Assembly: GCA_977030845.1 (NCBI GenBank)
Contig: OZ365112.1
Span: forward strand, 6,138,001 to 6,202,000
Direction of reading: 5' to 3'
Source of the DNA: Fimbriosthenelais zetlandica
Lineage: Eukaryota
Length of the DNA: 64,000 nucleotides
Numbering within the stretch: the stretch's first letter is position 1; every line of letters starts with the position of its first letter. Below are positions 52,206-64,000 of this stretch, piece by piece. The notes beneath the pieces were generated by a model. The model worked only from the letters and a program-made list of their open reading frames with translations, had not been told where the DNA came from and made no database searches. Position numbers and translations under genes: made by a program.

Positions 52206-55200
52206 ACATGGGGCAGACAGTATGAGAGTAAAAGAAATGGATTAATTCACAAGGCGGGCGTCCTAACAAATCAAAATGAGCTATACAGTTACCTGCAATG
52301 CTTTGGCAACACTATCCTGATGTTAATTATTCATTCAGCGCCAGACATGACAAAGAAGTTATGATGCTGTGCTCAGATGAACGTTTCCTTGAAATGGTAA
52401 GCTCACTAAGACTGGATGATGACTCATGTTATGCTATATGAGAAAGGCGACTGTCTGGCTGTTTATTATTTTGTGTCAGTATAATGAGGCAGCAACGTAT
52501 CTACACAGACCAATGTACTCCTATTCCCACAGACACCTCTTTCTTGATGAAATGTACTTTGACAAGCTTTGACACTTCTATCAAACCTTCTATCACAGTA
52601 TCAGCATTCCTTAGAAATTAATGACTAATTGGTCTGGTCAATACCCAGTGGCATAAGCCATTCAATAATAAAAGTGAGGTTATTCGCATATGAATTCATT
52701 CTTGAGATCGTTGTATTTTCCAAGTCTCATTTATTCTCGTTTTACGGACCCCACCTGTTAAATGGAGCTAGGGACATTGTAATGTTCTTGGATGGTCCCA
52801 CACCACTGCACTCCACTAACCTAGTCGCACTCCTCTTATTCCTTTTCCATCATTCATATTGTGTTACAAAGCCATTATTGTTTTAATCAATTTTAGTGAT
52901 AATGCCGCCTGCCATCCCATTGAATGGCGCCATAATCAGAAGCGATTGGCAGTTTTTCAATGCTCTAACTGTGGTTGGAGAAACTTCGACTTTCATTAAC
53001 TCACGAGATTGATCTACATCGGTGGGGAATCTGGGGTGTTTAGTGGGACTATAGGGGATGGTTGGGATGGGGAAGGTTTACATGGTCTCATTCTAATGGC
53101 AGTGTTTCAATGTAAACTCCACTCCCGGGTCTAAGTTGCATATAAACAGCCTGTGGTTACTGCTCCACTCACTGCAAGAGATGACAGGACGCGCCAAAAA
53201 GCGATGCCTATGTGGCAGACAAGATTCCATTATCTTTAATGTGAGTGGAAACTGGGACACACATAAAGATACCAGGCTCCCGCCAGGGGCTACAGAATAA
53301 GCATTGATAATGAAATAATAGGTTGGCATTGGCATTACTGTTCCCAAATGCTTCATCCTGAATGACATATTTAAAAGAGGGATGGCATGGTACCTTTCTT
53401 TCTTTGTGAACTTCCGCTCAGCTTACAATTTCATCTTTTATATGCAGTCAATATATTCTGTTGAACAAAAAATGTTTTCTAAGAGAGCTTGTGTATATTA
53501 TTTCAGGATATGACATGCAGTTGCTTTCTTGCTTAATTGAAGTGGGTCTATTTTGGGTGTAATTATATATATTGGCCTCTGTCCCTGGGATGGCAGTAGG
53601 AACGACTGGACATGTTCTAAGTACTCGGCACTTCCATCTGCCATTCCACCACCGCTCGCTCTAAAGTGGCTTCCTGCTGATACTCTCATGGCTTCAGGAC
53701 TTATCCTAGCATGGCTTCCATGCAATCAAAAAAATCCCACCGGGTGTAGATGTATGCGAGTATCAGCCCCTGACCGGGGCCCTAAATCCCACTTTTTATA
53801 CACCACCATTTTCCAGAAGCAAATCTAGTTAGGTTCAGCTTTAGCATCTTGTATTAACCAAGCAACTATTACCGTGCTTCAATTGCATCCACAATGGTGC
53901 CCCGGCCCGACAGCAAATTGTTGTGATAGCAGACATAGTTGAGCTGGGGAGAGCGGGGTGAATGAAAAGGGAGCTGGAAAAGGTCTGGCGAGCTCAGTGT
54001 TACCCTTGTTAGGCTCCACCACTCATACCCTCCACCCCTGATTCAATTCCACAGCTTCTTCCACTTCCCTCCACAGGTTTTTGTAAACTATTCATTCCCT
54101 GGCTTTTTACTGGGTGGAGGCCTGGCCCAATCCACTTGAGTCAAGGCATTGTGCTCAGCTTGGATATAAAGTGCTGTGAATGTATGCATAACTGTTTTCA
54201 CTTCCTATGGCTCCTGGGTGGATATTGTTAGGCATGTGGTATTGGCAGGGGACTGCATGTATACAGTGTATGGTAATGACTGTATCCAGCCATTTTATAA
54301 ATATTATTGGCCCGTTATTACTTCTGAAAAGTATCTAATAACTCTCGTGTTCCATTCTGCACTGGCGAGGGTGTGTGCCTCAAATTGTGCTAAAATCACA
54401 TAAAATGGCGAGGTAAGGACAAGACGTTGTCCTGTTAGGCTGGGGATCCATACCACTTGAGGAAGTGGGGGCCATTATTTCCCCACCACTGATATCAATT
54501 ATACCATGTACTGGGCGTGGAGTGGGAGGAGGAGATGTGGGCAGGCAGGAATCACACAGCCGTGTATAACACATTATGTGCTCTCAGGGTGAAAACGAAT
54601 GCTTTTGGCATTCATGGAACCCGATACAGCAGCTCGGTGAGAAGGGGGCCTGACTGTGACCTCCTCAAACGTTAATCGATCTCCCACTACAGCTTGCGCA
54701 CCTGAATTAGCATTGGGGAACGGCCTATCACCCCAAGTATCGGCTCCTCTTCTCCCCACATATGGCCTCTTACAAGCCTTAAAGCAGCTACTCCAATGCC
54801 CAGCCTGCTGGCTGCTGCCAAGGGCATCGTTGGTGGATTTGGGTGGGCCATTCTCCTTCAGTACTTGTATGAGTCTCTGGAGTTGAGAGGCAGAACTCAT
54901 GAGACGATGGGAACACAGACGGCTATCTGTATAGCAAATAATGAAACAAAGTACAATACAGTATTCCCGACATACGACCTTCGTTAGTTTTAATGAAATC
55001 TGCAACAATCTTTTCGCATCCAGCGACTGAAGTCTCTACTGCAAGTCTTGCAAGTTTATCCATGGATCGCGGATATGCATCGAAAGATATTATCAGAAGC
55101 TCTTATACAATACCATGGGCTGGAGGCTATCTGGACATTACCAGACCAGTAAGCACTGAAGACATATCTAACACTGCATCAACTGCCTTGTAGATGATGT

Positions 55201-58200
55201 TTCCTTTATACTCAGAGAACCAAAGGGCCCAGAAACTGCCTTGGCATAGAGGATAATGATGAGACCATATGAATTATGCACCGGTGAATGGCTCGCTTCT
55301 CCCAGTGGCATCAAGGTCCTGAGACAATCGCACAGAATGCCAAATCAGCCGACTGTCATATTCTCCATAGACACACCATTGATATTTTTTTTTGATTCTT
55401 TTTTTAGTTATAATTTTTATAGAGCCATATTATTGGTGGAGCCAGCTCACACTCTTGATAATTCAAGTTTTACGTATGGTTTTCAGCTGGGGGCTCTTTA
55501 CCTGATACCAGAGTTTTAAAGGGTATACCCTGCTGTTATTATAATAACAGCAGCTCATATGAAATGGCAATTTGTTCATGAGTTGTACCTATTTCAACCC
55601 GTGCCCCTGGACCCGTCTCTTCCATCTAAACAGTAGCTCAGTGGTCAATATTAAAGAAAAATAGCTGAAGGGGGTGAGGGAAGAGTGAATAATGTTGGGC
55701 AGTCTGCGGCAGTGTAATTTCATTATGAGACCGGGATCAGACGGGCTGGCGAGCTTATTGTATATGCAACTCACGACACAGAGAAAACAACTTAGTAGAA
55801 GGAGCACTCCTGACCGAGACAGACTCCGGGGAGGACTGCTCTCCTCTTGTCATGATTAAGGAGATTCCAGTCTTTATAATACTCGAGCAGCAGGAGGACG
55901 CCCTCCTAACTATATACTTAGTGCTAAACGGGAAATACAGGTCTTAGATCTTTTAAATCATTTGTGAAGTCTCACGTAATGAAATTTATTTACGATTTTG
56001 CATTGATGAATGCATGATAGTGTTAGGAAGATGGCTATCAAACAAATAAATGATTAAAATTTTTTTTTCATGTTAAACCAACCTCCAATCGAGGGTGGTC
56101 TGGTGTAATATTGAATGGAATTTTGATACTCAAATAAATGATTAGAGTTGACTCTCCCTATTCCGGCCGTTCAGCGTTCTGAGCAATCTGACCATTGTTC
56201 AGGTCTGACCATTGTATATAGGGACAATAGGACAACGCTGTAAACATCATATATTATATGTTAATTCATCCACACTTCCACTCAGGGCTGTTCAAAACAG
56301 CTTTACCTGAAGTCACTGCAGCAGACATTCTTCCAAGGCTAAGATATATCAGCCTCGATTGCTTTGAAAGTGCCAGAGAATGAATATCTCCACAAAACGT
56401 AAATCAATGTGTTTTCAGTCTGGAAGTGACGGCACCCTGCTCAAGAAGGTGTGAGCTGTAGGCGCCAGTAACTGGTGTTTCTGTCACGACATGCACTTTA
56501 ACTTCAGCCAGGACTAACTTTTTGAAAGGATTATCCACACCGCTGACAGGAGAGCCAATAAATCCGATCAGGTTCATCACCAACTTCTAATGTCTATTTT
56601 AAAATAAGTAGAGTTTCTCACCCACTGAAAGGAATCATTCGTCAGGTTCATTAAAGACCAATAAAACTGTTAAAATAGCCTTAATGGTACTGAAGTACTT
56701 TCGATAAGTAAAAATGCGGTTTTTTTTATCATCGATGGAATTTCTACTTCGCCTTAAGCCTCGTTACTATCATTAGCACATCATAAAGAGGTCACATGAG
56801 TGGCTTTAAGTCTGCCCACATTTAGCCATGTTAATCAATGGGAATTTTTACCTCCATCTTGGTAAGTGAACGTATTCTTTATCTAGGTATCATAGTCCTG
56901 GAAATTGGCGGGTCTGGGGGAGAAGTCTAGGCCTGGGGGTGTGGGGGATGGGGGTGGGGATGGGGTGGGAAGTTGGAAACTCTTCCCCTTCAGGCCTCCT
57001 CTCGGCTCGCCACTATTAACACATTGAGGCCGGAGATTGCATCAGCTGGGAGTATTTACTGGCTAACACCCCTAGTTTTTCATACCATTAACGGCTGTCA
57101 TACCATCTAGCAAGCTCCAGTCATCAGTCCGTCCCCGGCGCTATACATCATATTCATTTAAAACACAATGGACTGATTACACCTTCCGTTCTCCTCCCTG
57201 ATTGCTTAATACCCAGCGATGATTAACGCCCATTAATTAACGTCTCTTATATATACATATAGAAGGCTACAGTCCTTGAGGAGGAGAGTAGAGCAGTGTC
57301 TATAACACATCACATTACTCGGAGTGATGGATTTGAAGGCTGGAGTACATTAAGTTGGGGAATAATCCCAGGAGTGGGAGATAACAAATCTCAAATCTTC
57401 CTAAATCAAACTAAGCGTTCATATTTCACCGGCTGCAGTAAGATGTAAGGGAGAGGGAGATTAGACATTCTATCCATACATCAACTACAATACCACCCGA
57501 TTGTCTAGTTACTCCAGCCATGTCAACTCTATTTTGAATCCACTTCTCCCATTTTAGCAAGCTTTTATCAGCATGTCTTATTCGTTGGCTGTAGACGAAC
57601 AGCAACAAGGCTTACCATGTTAATTTGAAGCTTCATATTGCAGTATAATATGGTGGCAAAATAATAACAGATGGAGAGCCAAAGGTGGATGTTAGAAGGG
57701 AGACAATTCCAGATGTTCTTATATCAGGAGACATGAGCGATTGCTTGGTAATAAAAGTGGCACTCGCCATATTCAGAGCATGTTTTCCCATATTGGTCAC
57801 AGCATGGAACCCACTGGTCCTATAATTTCCTGGGGATATTAAGGCAACAGGCAATGAAAAGTATTGAAAGTGTTTTACAGGGCTCCAGGCTTAATCCCAG
57901 ATCTCTCCCTGGATGAGGGAGAAGGCATGGTTCCCCAAAGGAAAATAGTCAATTTTAAAAACAACGTGAATAAGAAAATACAACAGATAAAACAATAAGC
58001 TGTAAGCCTGCAGAAATCTCATGTGTATTCAGTTTGAGAGGACACCGGAACGACTGTCTGATCATGTATACAATATAGCGTATATTATATTGGAGATAGG
58101 ACATTTAATCTAAAACTTGCCAATTATACGAAATGACACCTCAAGGACGTCTCCCGTGGAAAACGATAGCCGATTTAGCACAGCCAAGGAAGTGAATAGA

Positions 58201-61200
58201 TTACCACGGATCCATTAATACACAAAAGAAATATCCCCCGAGTAAAAACAGATGAACATTTTTCCCCGAAGCAGACCAGCTGCTGTTGTCTTACACATTC
58301 TGCAGCCTTTGTGAGCTGCTATCAGATGGCTGGACAAATTGATTTCTGCATGAAACATCGCCTCAGTCTTATTGAAATAGATGTGTGCCTGAGTATTTAT
58401 GTTACAAAGGCATGGAGGTAAAGCAAAGCAAACCGAGGTATAGCAGGCACAAAGTCCATTATACTCACGTATTCCAGCTTCATGCCAGCTGTGTAATTTG
58501 TACTTTTTCCCTCTCCCTTTTCATTCAATTTACCCAAATATTGAACCTATCCTAAATATACAACACGTAATTGTAACTGATTCTTTTATATTATCAGTAC
58601 CTGCAGATACGCCAGATCTGACATGCAGTTACTGAAGATCTATATGATATGTGACATTTTAACCGGACATCAATGACAAAGCTTGTCTGCTCACTGATTT
58701 TGACAACGTGGGAGGAATATTCAAAGGATCATTTGTATTTCCCTTTCATCTAATTGAATAGTTGAGAATTGTTGCTGAGCAGGGACAGGATCAAGTCTTA
58801 TACATGTATTTGAATAGGGAAGATATGGATATCAACCATTGAAAAGTGCAAGAGGAGGAGCCACAGAGGGGATACAGAGTGGCTACCAAAATGCCAAGCC
58901 ATGAGGGCCATTGTGTTTCTAATAAGAAAGATTATCGATCGAAAGTCAGCAAGTGTTTACTGAAATGTCCATACCTATTTGCTTACATGTCGTATTACAG
59001 GGATGATCAATGAGCCAGCATGGCGGCTAATGGGCGGGGCGGTGGCGAGTTGTGGAGGCATGGCGCCATGATTTACAATGGCCAACATGTCCCACACACA
59101 TCCCTGCCTCGATTTATGACAGTTATATTGCCTGCCTCTATGATGTATTAGACAATCTTTGTATGTTACCCAGTGGACGCGTCCATCCACTGAGTCATCT
59201 ACAAGTCTCAAAAAACTATTGTCCATTGTGAGACGACCACCATCGAGCAGACATCAAATGACTGGTTATGTTACTGACTTCTTGACCTGAATGGATTCCA
59301 GCTGTTGTTAGTGTTATAGCCATAGAAACAGGTGATGGTTCCCCCTATTCCATTTACCTTTTATTTCATACAGCAAACTTTGTCAACTTTGCATCCTGAA
59401 GTGCCATGTACTGTGCGAAATGGTATAGAGAAACGGGCTATTTCCCTGATTAATTGATGCATAGGGAGACGGACTACCAGATCATATGACTATTAATCTG
59501 AACCAATCAATCATGACAGAAATGCTGGGGCTAATGACCATTACTCACTGAGCTCATTTATATTAACCAGGTGTCATGTATATATAGTCAGAGGTGTGTT
59601 CCTCAACGGACCGCAACCCACGAGACTACATTTTGTACAATGTTTTTTTTTCAGTCAGGCTCCGAGGCTCCAGAGGAATGAGGTGACACTCAGTGATGGC
59701 CAGCTGTTGTCATCATGTCTCAGCCTTCCTGGACACTGAGCCTCAAGGTGCGTAACAAAGCTGATGTGGAAGGTGACAATGACCGGGAGCGTTCAGATGT
59801 CACGAACTGCTCCCAGTCACATCCCCCAACCATCTTATAAAGGAGACAGGCAGAAATAGCCAGCTCAGCAGTTGTATATAGCTCTCCCCTCGGGACATAG
59901 ATCCTTCCTTCTGACAGATCCTGAAATCAGGTGTGACCTGAAGATCTTAATGATGGCTATTTCTACAAGACAAAGATTTGTTTCTATGGATAATATTCCC
60001 CATCCTGTCCCTCACTCATTTAATAACCCCGGTGCACAAGTAATTGGCCATATATCAAGGGAATGTTGTCCGACAATTGATTGTGCCACGGTAATTCACG
60101 ATACTTGGCTTCAGGAATGGCAGGTTGGTTGGGAGGTCTTCCAAGCCTAATGACAGATTGATCGCAGCGATGTGGTGACCTACGGCCATGGCCTGCCCAG
60201 CTGATTTATGTCACTCTAAAACAGCCATTTTTGCACAAAGTAGCTGTGTATTTCCTGCTCCCAAGGACCTACTTTTAATGCAAATAAATCAGTTAATGGC
60301 CAGCGAACATGACACTTCATCCGTCAGCCTTTGGGCTCAGGCAGCGATCAAAGGTTCTCAGCGAGGATTAGAGTGAACGTTCCTGAGTCGCAGCTAGAGT
60401 TGAAGCTTGTCCAGTATTTGTCACCAGGTGAGGATCAACTAATGGCGGATTTTCTACCTAATCCTCCTTGATGAGTTTGGACGTAAATGACCTTATTTTA
60501 CATTCCAACATGTCATCTCTTGACATAGAGCATTAGGCCCACTCAGTCAATACAAATCAGCAAGTCATGAATGGGTGACCAAGGCTTGACCTCCGGCAAA
60601 CTAAACCATATGTAGATTTGTATGGTATGGTTGTAAAGTTAGGAAGAAGGAAGTAGTGTTGATGCGCATGATCGGAAAAGGAAGTAGTTGCTGGGCATGC
60701 GCGGATGAGGAGAAAGAAGGGGGGTTTAGGCACTGGAAAGGTTTTGTATCTCTTGTCTTACAAATGCCTGTCGCATAGCTAGATAGGTTATATAATAAAT
60801 GATGCTAAGTTTTGGGAAAGTTCCCAGCTGCTTTAAGTGTGGAAATCGGTATTAACTCAATGCCAACTAATTTTGATGTGTGTTTTAAGTATCAAAAACT
60901 GAAAAACCTGCAATGACACTGACCAAACCAGGATGGATTTCAATAAGGGAACATCTCACCTATACCATTATGTCTATAACAACAAACCTAAAGGATAAAG
61001 GATTGAACAGAGAGAGACGTAGGAATGTTTTGGAATCTGAGTATTGACCAGATCATTGGCCTCTTTTATCGTTCTGTCTAGCAGGTCCACTTGTAGGTCT
61101 TGACAGGTAATGCCAGTCAGACCAAATTAGCCTCATCAGAGACTGGAGGCCAGCTCCTGTTTGCTTCCCACAATCAGCCAATCATGGCCTTTGTGGGTTT

Positions 61201-61900
61201 TGAAGCCGCCAGGTGTTAGTGGCCAGGCCTAGTAATGGTGAAGCTTTGAAGAGGCTAATTGGTTGGGAGGCGTGGTTAAGGGTGGACAGCTAGCTGGTTA
61301 TGTGGCCCTGATTTCATCCCTTGATTACAGAGAAGTACTTTAATGAAGTGCGTGTCGGAATTAAAGCCATACCAGACCCGCCTCTTATTGGACACAATCA
61401 CGATATTTCATTCATAACGGAGCTGCTGATCGATTAATGATAGGCCCCGTGTTCACTCTAATCAGTGGACGACCAGCCTGTCAGGATACAGGATTACAAG
61501 TCTCAATCCACTCACACAGCCTCCGACTCCCAACTGCAAAGTTCCAAATTTTCCAGGGCATTTCAGAAAATCAACTCATCTCGGTTTTTATTTGTCTCTC
61601 TGGGCAAGCTTTGGCTGATCCTCGCAATTGCCACGTCCATCTAGATATTTGTTTTTTGTAAGATGTTGATCTAAAGGATGAAAATATCTCAAAATTCACA
61701 AGTACAATCAATTGAATCTAAATGCCTTGGATTATTTCGCTATTTAGCAGCCTGAAAAGATACTGCCCCAAATATTCTACCTACCATTCTAGTTCCAGAG
61801 TTACAAAAGGTTTCTTTAGCAAGATATCTGAATTGCATGGAGTATTGTTTAAGATGACATAATCATTATCGTTATATTAATTATATAAAGTACATTTGTG

Positions 61901-62025
61901 GTTAATCGTTTTAATGTTAATCGTTTTAACTTAAAATTTAATCTTAACTTTTAACTTAATCTTAACTTCAAAGTTAACATTTTAACTTATAAGTTAGTAA
62001 ATCGTTTTAACTTAAAAGTTAATTT
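61901..62025. repeat. AT-rich TTAA(C)-based low-complexity patch with short palindromes
   Basis: Repeated ttaatcgttttaa / ttaactt units and palindromes such as aacttataagtt, just inside the intron after the large exon. Confidence 0.7.
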
Positions 62026-62096
62026 TGTGCGACTGAAAAAAATAACATTACATTGGAGAATCAAGTGAATGAGGATCGAGTGAAAGTAAAACTTAC

Positions 62097-63344
62097 CATC
62101 GGTGTAATAGTAGCTCCCATTTTCATCTTTTCTATCATCTTCCTCATCAAAATTATCATCTTCGTCATCGTACTCCTCCTGGGATATGCTGCTGTTAGAA
62201 TACACATAGGAGACATTTCCCCACACGTCTAACCTCCCCGCCTCAGAACCCCCAGGCAAACTCTCATTGAAAGTTAAATTAGTCCTCCCCTCACTCAAAC
62301 TCACATTTAAGTCTTTAGCCTTGCCGTAAAGTGTCTCCTCCACGACCCAGCCATGGTCGTGTGAGGTGGTGAAGTTTACACTAGGTGAAATATTTTGTTG
62401 GCTTTGGGCTCCATCTTCTGCTAACATTTCTTCCCCTTCCCATTTCCCATCTCCCGGTTCCCCCTGTAATGAGGAGGAATTATGACTGGGGAGGAGCTCT
62501 CTTCCCATCTCCCCCTCCTCCTCTTGCTCTCCCAATTTCCCGTCACCTTGGAAGTCTGTGGAGGAAGTGAGATTATTAGGTGAGGTAATTGTGTCATTTC
62601 TGTGGTCTGTTTGCTCAGTAAAAATCTGTGATGACACATCCCCTTGGGAACTACCATTGTTACTATTCCTTCTGCTGTTCCCTCCCGTGTCCTCACTCCC
62701 GTCCAGGGAGGAGGTTTTCAGGAGGGACTCCTCATCCCTAGCACTATGTATAGATGACCTATTCTCCCCTGATTTGGTGACATCCTGCTTTGCAATTATT
62801 TGTGAACTCGACTGGTTAGCTTCAAGCTGACCCGTGTCACTAAGTAAAGCTTCTGTGTCATTACTCAAAAGAGAGAAGGTTTTCCCTTGAGGGGGAAGCT
62901 TTGGCTGTTGGGACAATTTTAAAAGACTATCTTTTTCGATATGTTTGTTATGAATCTTGTGTGGTTTACTTAGTACTTTCTGCAAGGCATTCTTGACAAC
63001 GGTCTGGGTGGATAGGACTGGGGTGTGTGGCGACACACCAATGAGGTGGTGATGTGAAGAAGAGGACGATGATGAAGAAGTAAAAGACGAGGTGGTGTTT
63101 GTGATGGACTTCAAGTTTGATTGTTGGGCCACATCTGAAGTGTTAACTTTAGCTGGGGCGGAGTCTGTGGCTACGTGGCCGTGTGGTGGGAGGAGCCATG
63201 ATGGTGTAGGCGGTCTGTGGAGACTGCTGATAGTGGGGCCGGGGGTTGAACCATGGGTGAACAGGTGGTGAAGGGAGGAGGGTGACGTAGGTGTCACCTG
63301 ACCCTCCCTCCCAGCCGGCGTTGACTCTCCCCTCACTCTCCAAC
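62097..63344 (-). CDS. Large internal coding exon (1248 bp, phase 1-1) of a type I single-pass membrane glycoprotein: Ser/Thr/Pro/His-rich mucin-like ectodomain ending in an acidic block
   Basis: Overlaps the 449-aa ORF 61987..63336. Acceptor ttttcag|GT TGG AGA GTG at 63345/63344; donor GAT G|GTAAGT at 62097/62096. 17 N-x-S/T sequons counted by eye in ~415 aa; ends EEYDDEDDNFDEEDDRKDENGSYYYTD. Starts xWRVRG|ESTP, compatible with the end of a signal peptide encoded by an upstream exon outside the window. Confidence 0.9.
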
Positions 63345-64000
63345 CTGAAAATTTAAAAAAATCGCATTAGAAATTGATGCTAACCTTATTAATCGTTGGG
63401 CAAATGGCTTCAACTTCCCATCCACAAAGCAGGCTCAATGACCAAATTCCTGTCAGTCTATTAATCGATTTTGTTCTTTATCCAAGGAAGTGTAGCAACC
63501 AGGAGCCCATTTCAAAACAAAAATTAGTCAATTTTTCTTTTGAAATAGGCCCCAGATTTCAGCGCAATTTCTCTTTTGTTCCCTGACAAGTTACTCTGTT
63601 ATGGTTCAAGAAAATGGATGTCAATCCATATTGGATTTGGCATTCTTTTGTTGTATTTCTAGCGTGCTTTACTGTAAGGTGCATGGAGTGGAAATTTTGC
63701 TAATTACCAAGAGACAAGGCATTGGTATTGGGTTGCTACTTGAGATAAGACGCAAGAAATCGATTGAGCAGAGTTCCTTGAGTGAAGACAATCGAACCCT
63801 AGGAATGAAACATGGGAACACTCGCCTTCAGAAATGGTTCAGATTTCAGAGCTGAAGTTCCTATTTAGGCAATGTCAAGAAAAGAAGGCTAGATACAATA
63901 CCGCCTTATCATGTGTCATCCAACAAGCCATGGAACGTGGGAAAGAAAAACAGAATCCTTCTGTGTTGGATCATTCACATAGAGGTACAGATACGGCTTT

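Noticed and set aside
60645-60712. Paired ETS (GGAAGT) and NRF1-like (GCGCATG/CATGCGC) sites suggesting an internal promoter
   Set aside because: Only short partial motifs, with no CpG-island context or other promoter evidence.

Overview
Eukaryotic genomic DNA, about 40% GC with spliceosomal introns, probably a bilaterian invertebrate (inferred). Most ORFs in the supplied track are chance ORFs or repeat copies. Positions ~22.7-64 kb hold the 3' part of one minus-strand intron-containing gene, reconstructed by hand from splice sites and reading phase: exons 63344-62097, 39899-39828, 25518-25405, 24602-24501, 24336-24194, then one of two paralogous terminal coding segments (23081-22983 or 22870-22733). 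It encodes a ~590-605+ aa type I single-pass membrane glycoprotein with a Ser/Thr-rich, heavily N-glycosylated ectodomain, Tyr-rich acidic blocks, one TM helix and two alternative short cytosolic tails that both end in an EEGxNLL acidic-dileucine motif. The first (signal peptide) exon lies outside the window. Positions 1-19 kb are a repeat patchwork: an ~860-bp tandem array with a scrambled edge, a deleted Merlin transposon, tRNA-derived SINE heads, a 5'-truncated L2/CR1-group LINE inside a TGTGACAGAT minisatellite, a ~930-bp foldback element, an orphan FLYWCH-type exon and a young 2.25-kb tandem duplication. No database searches were run; family calls rest on motif recognition.
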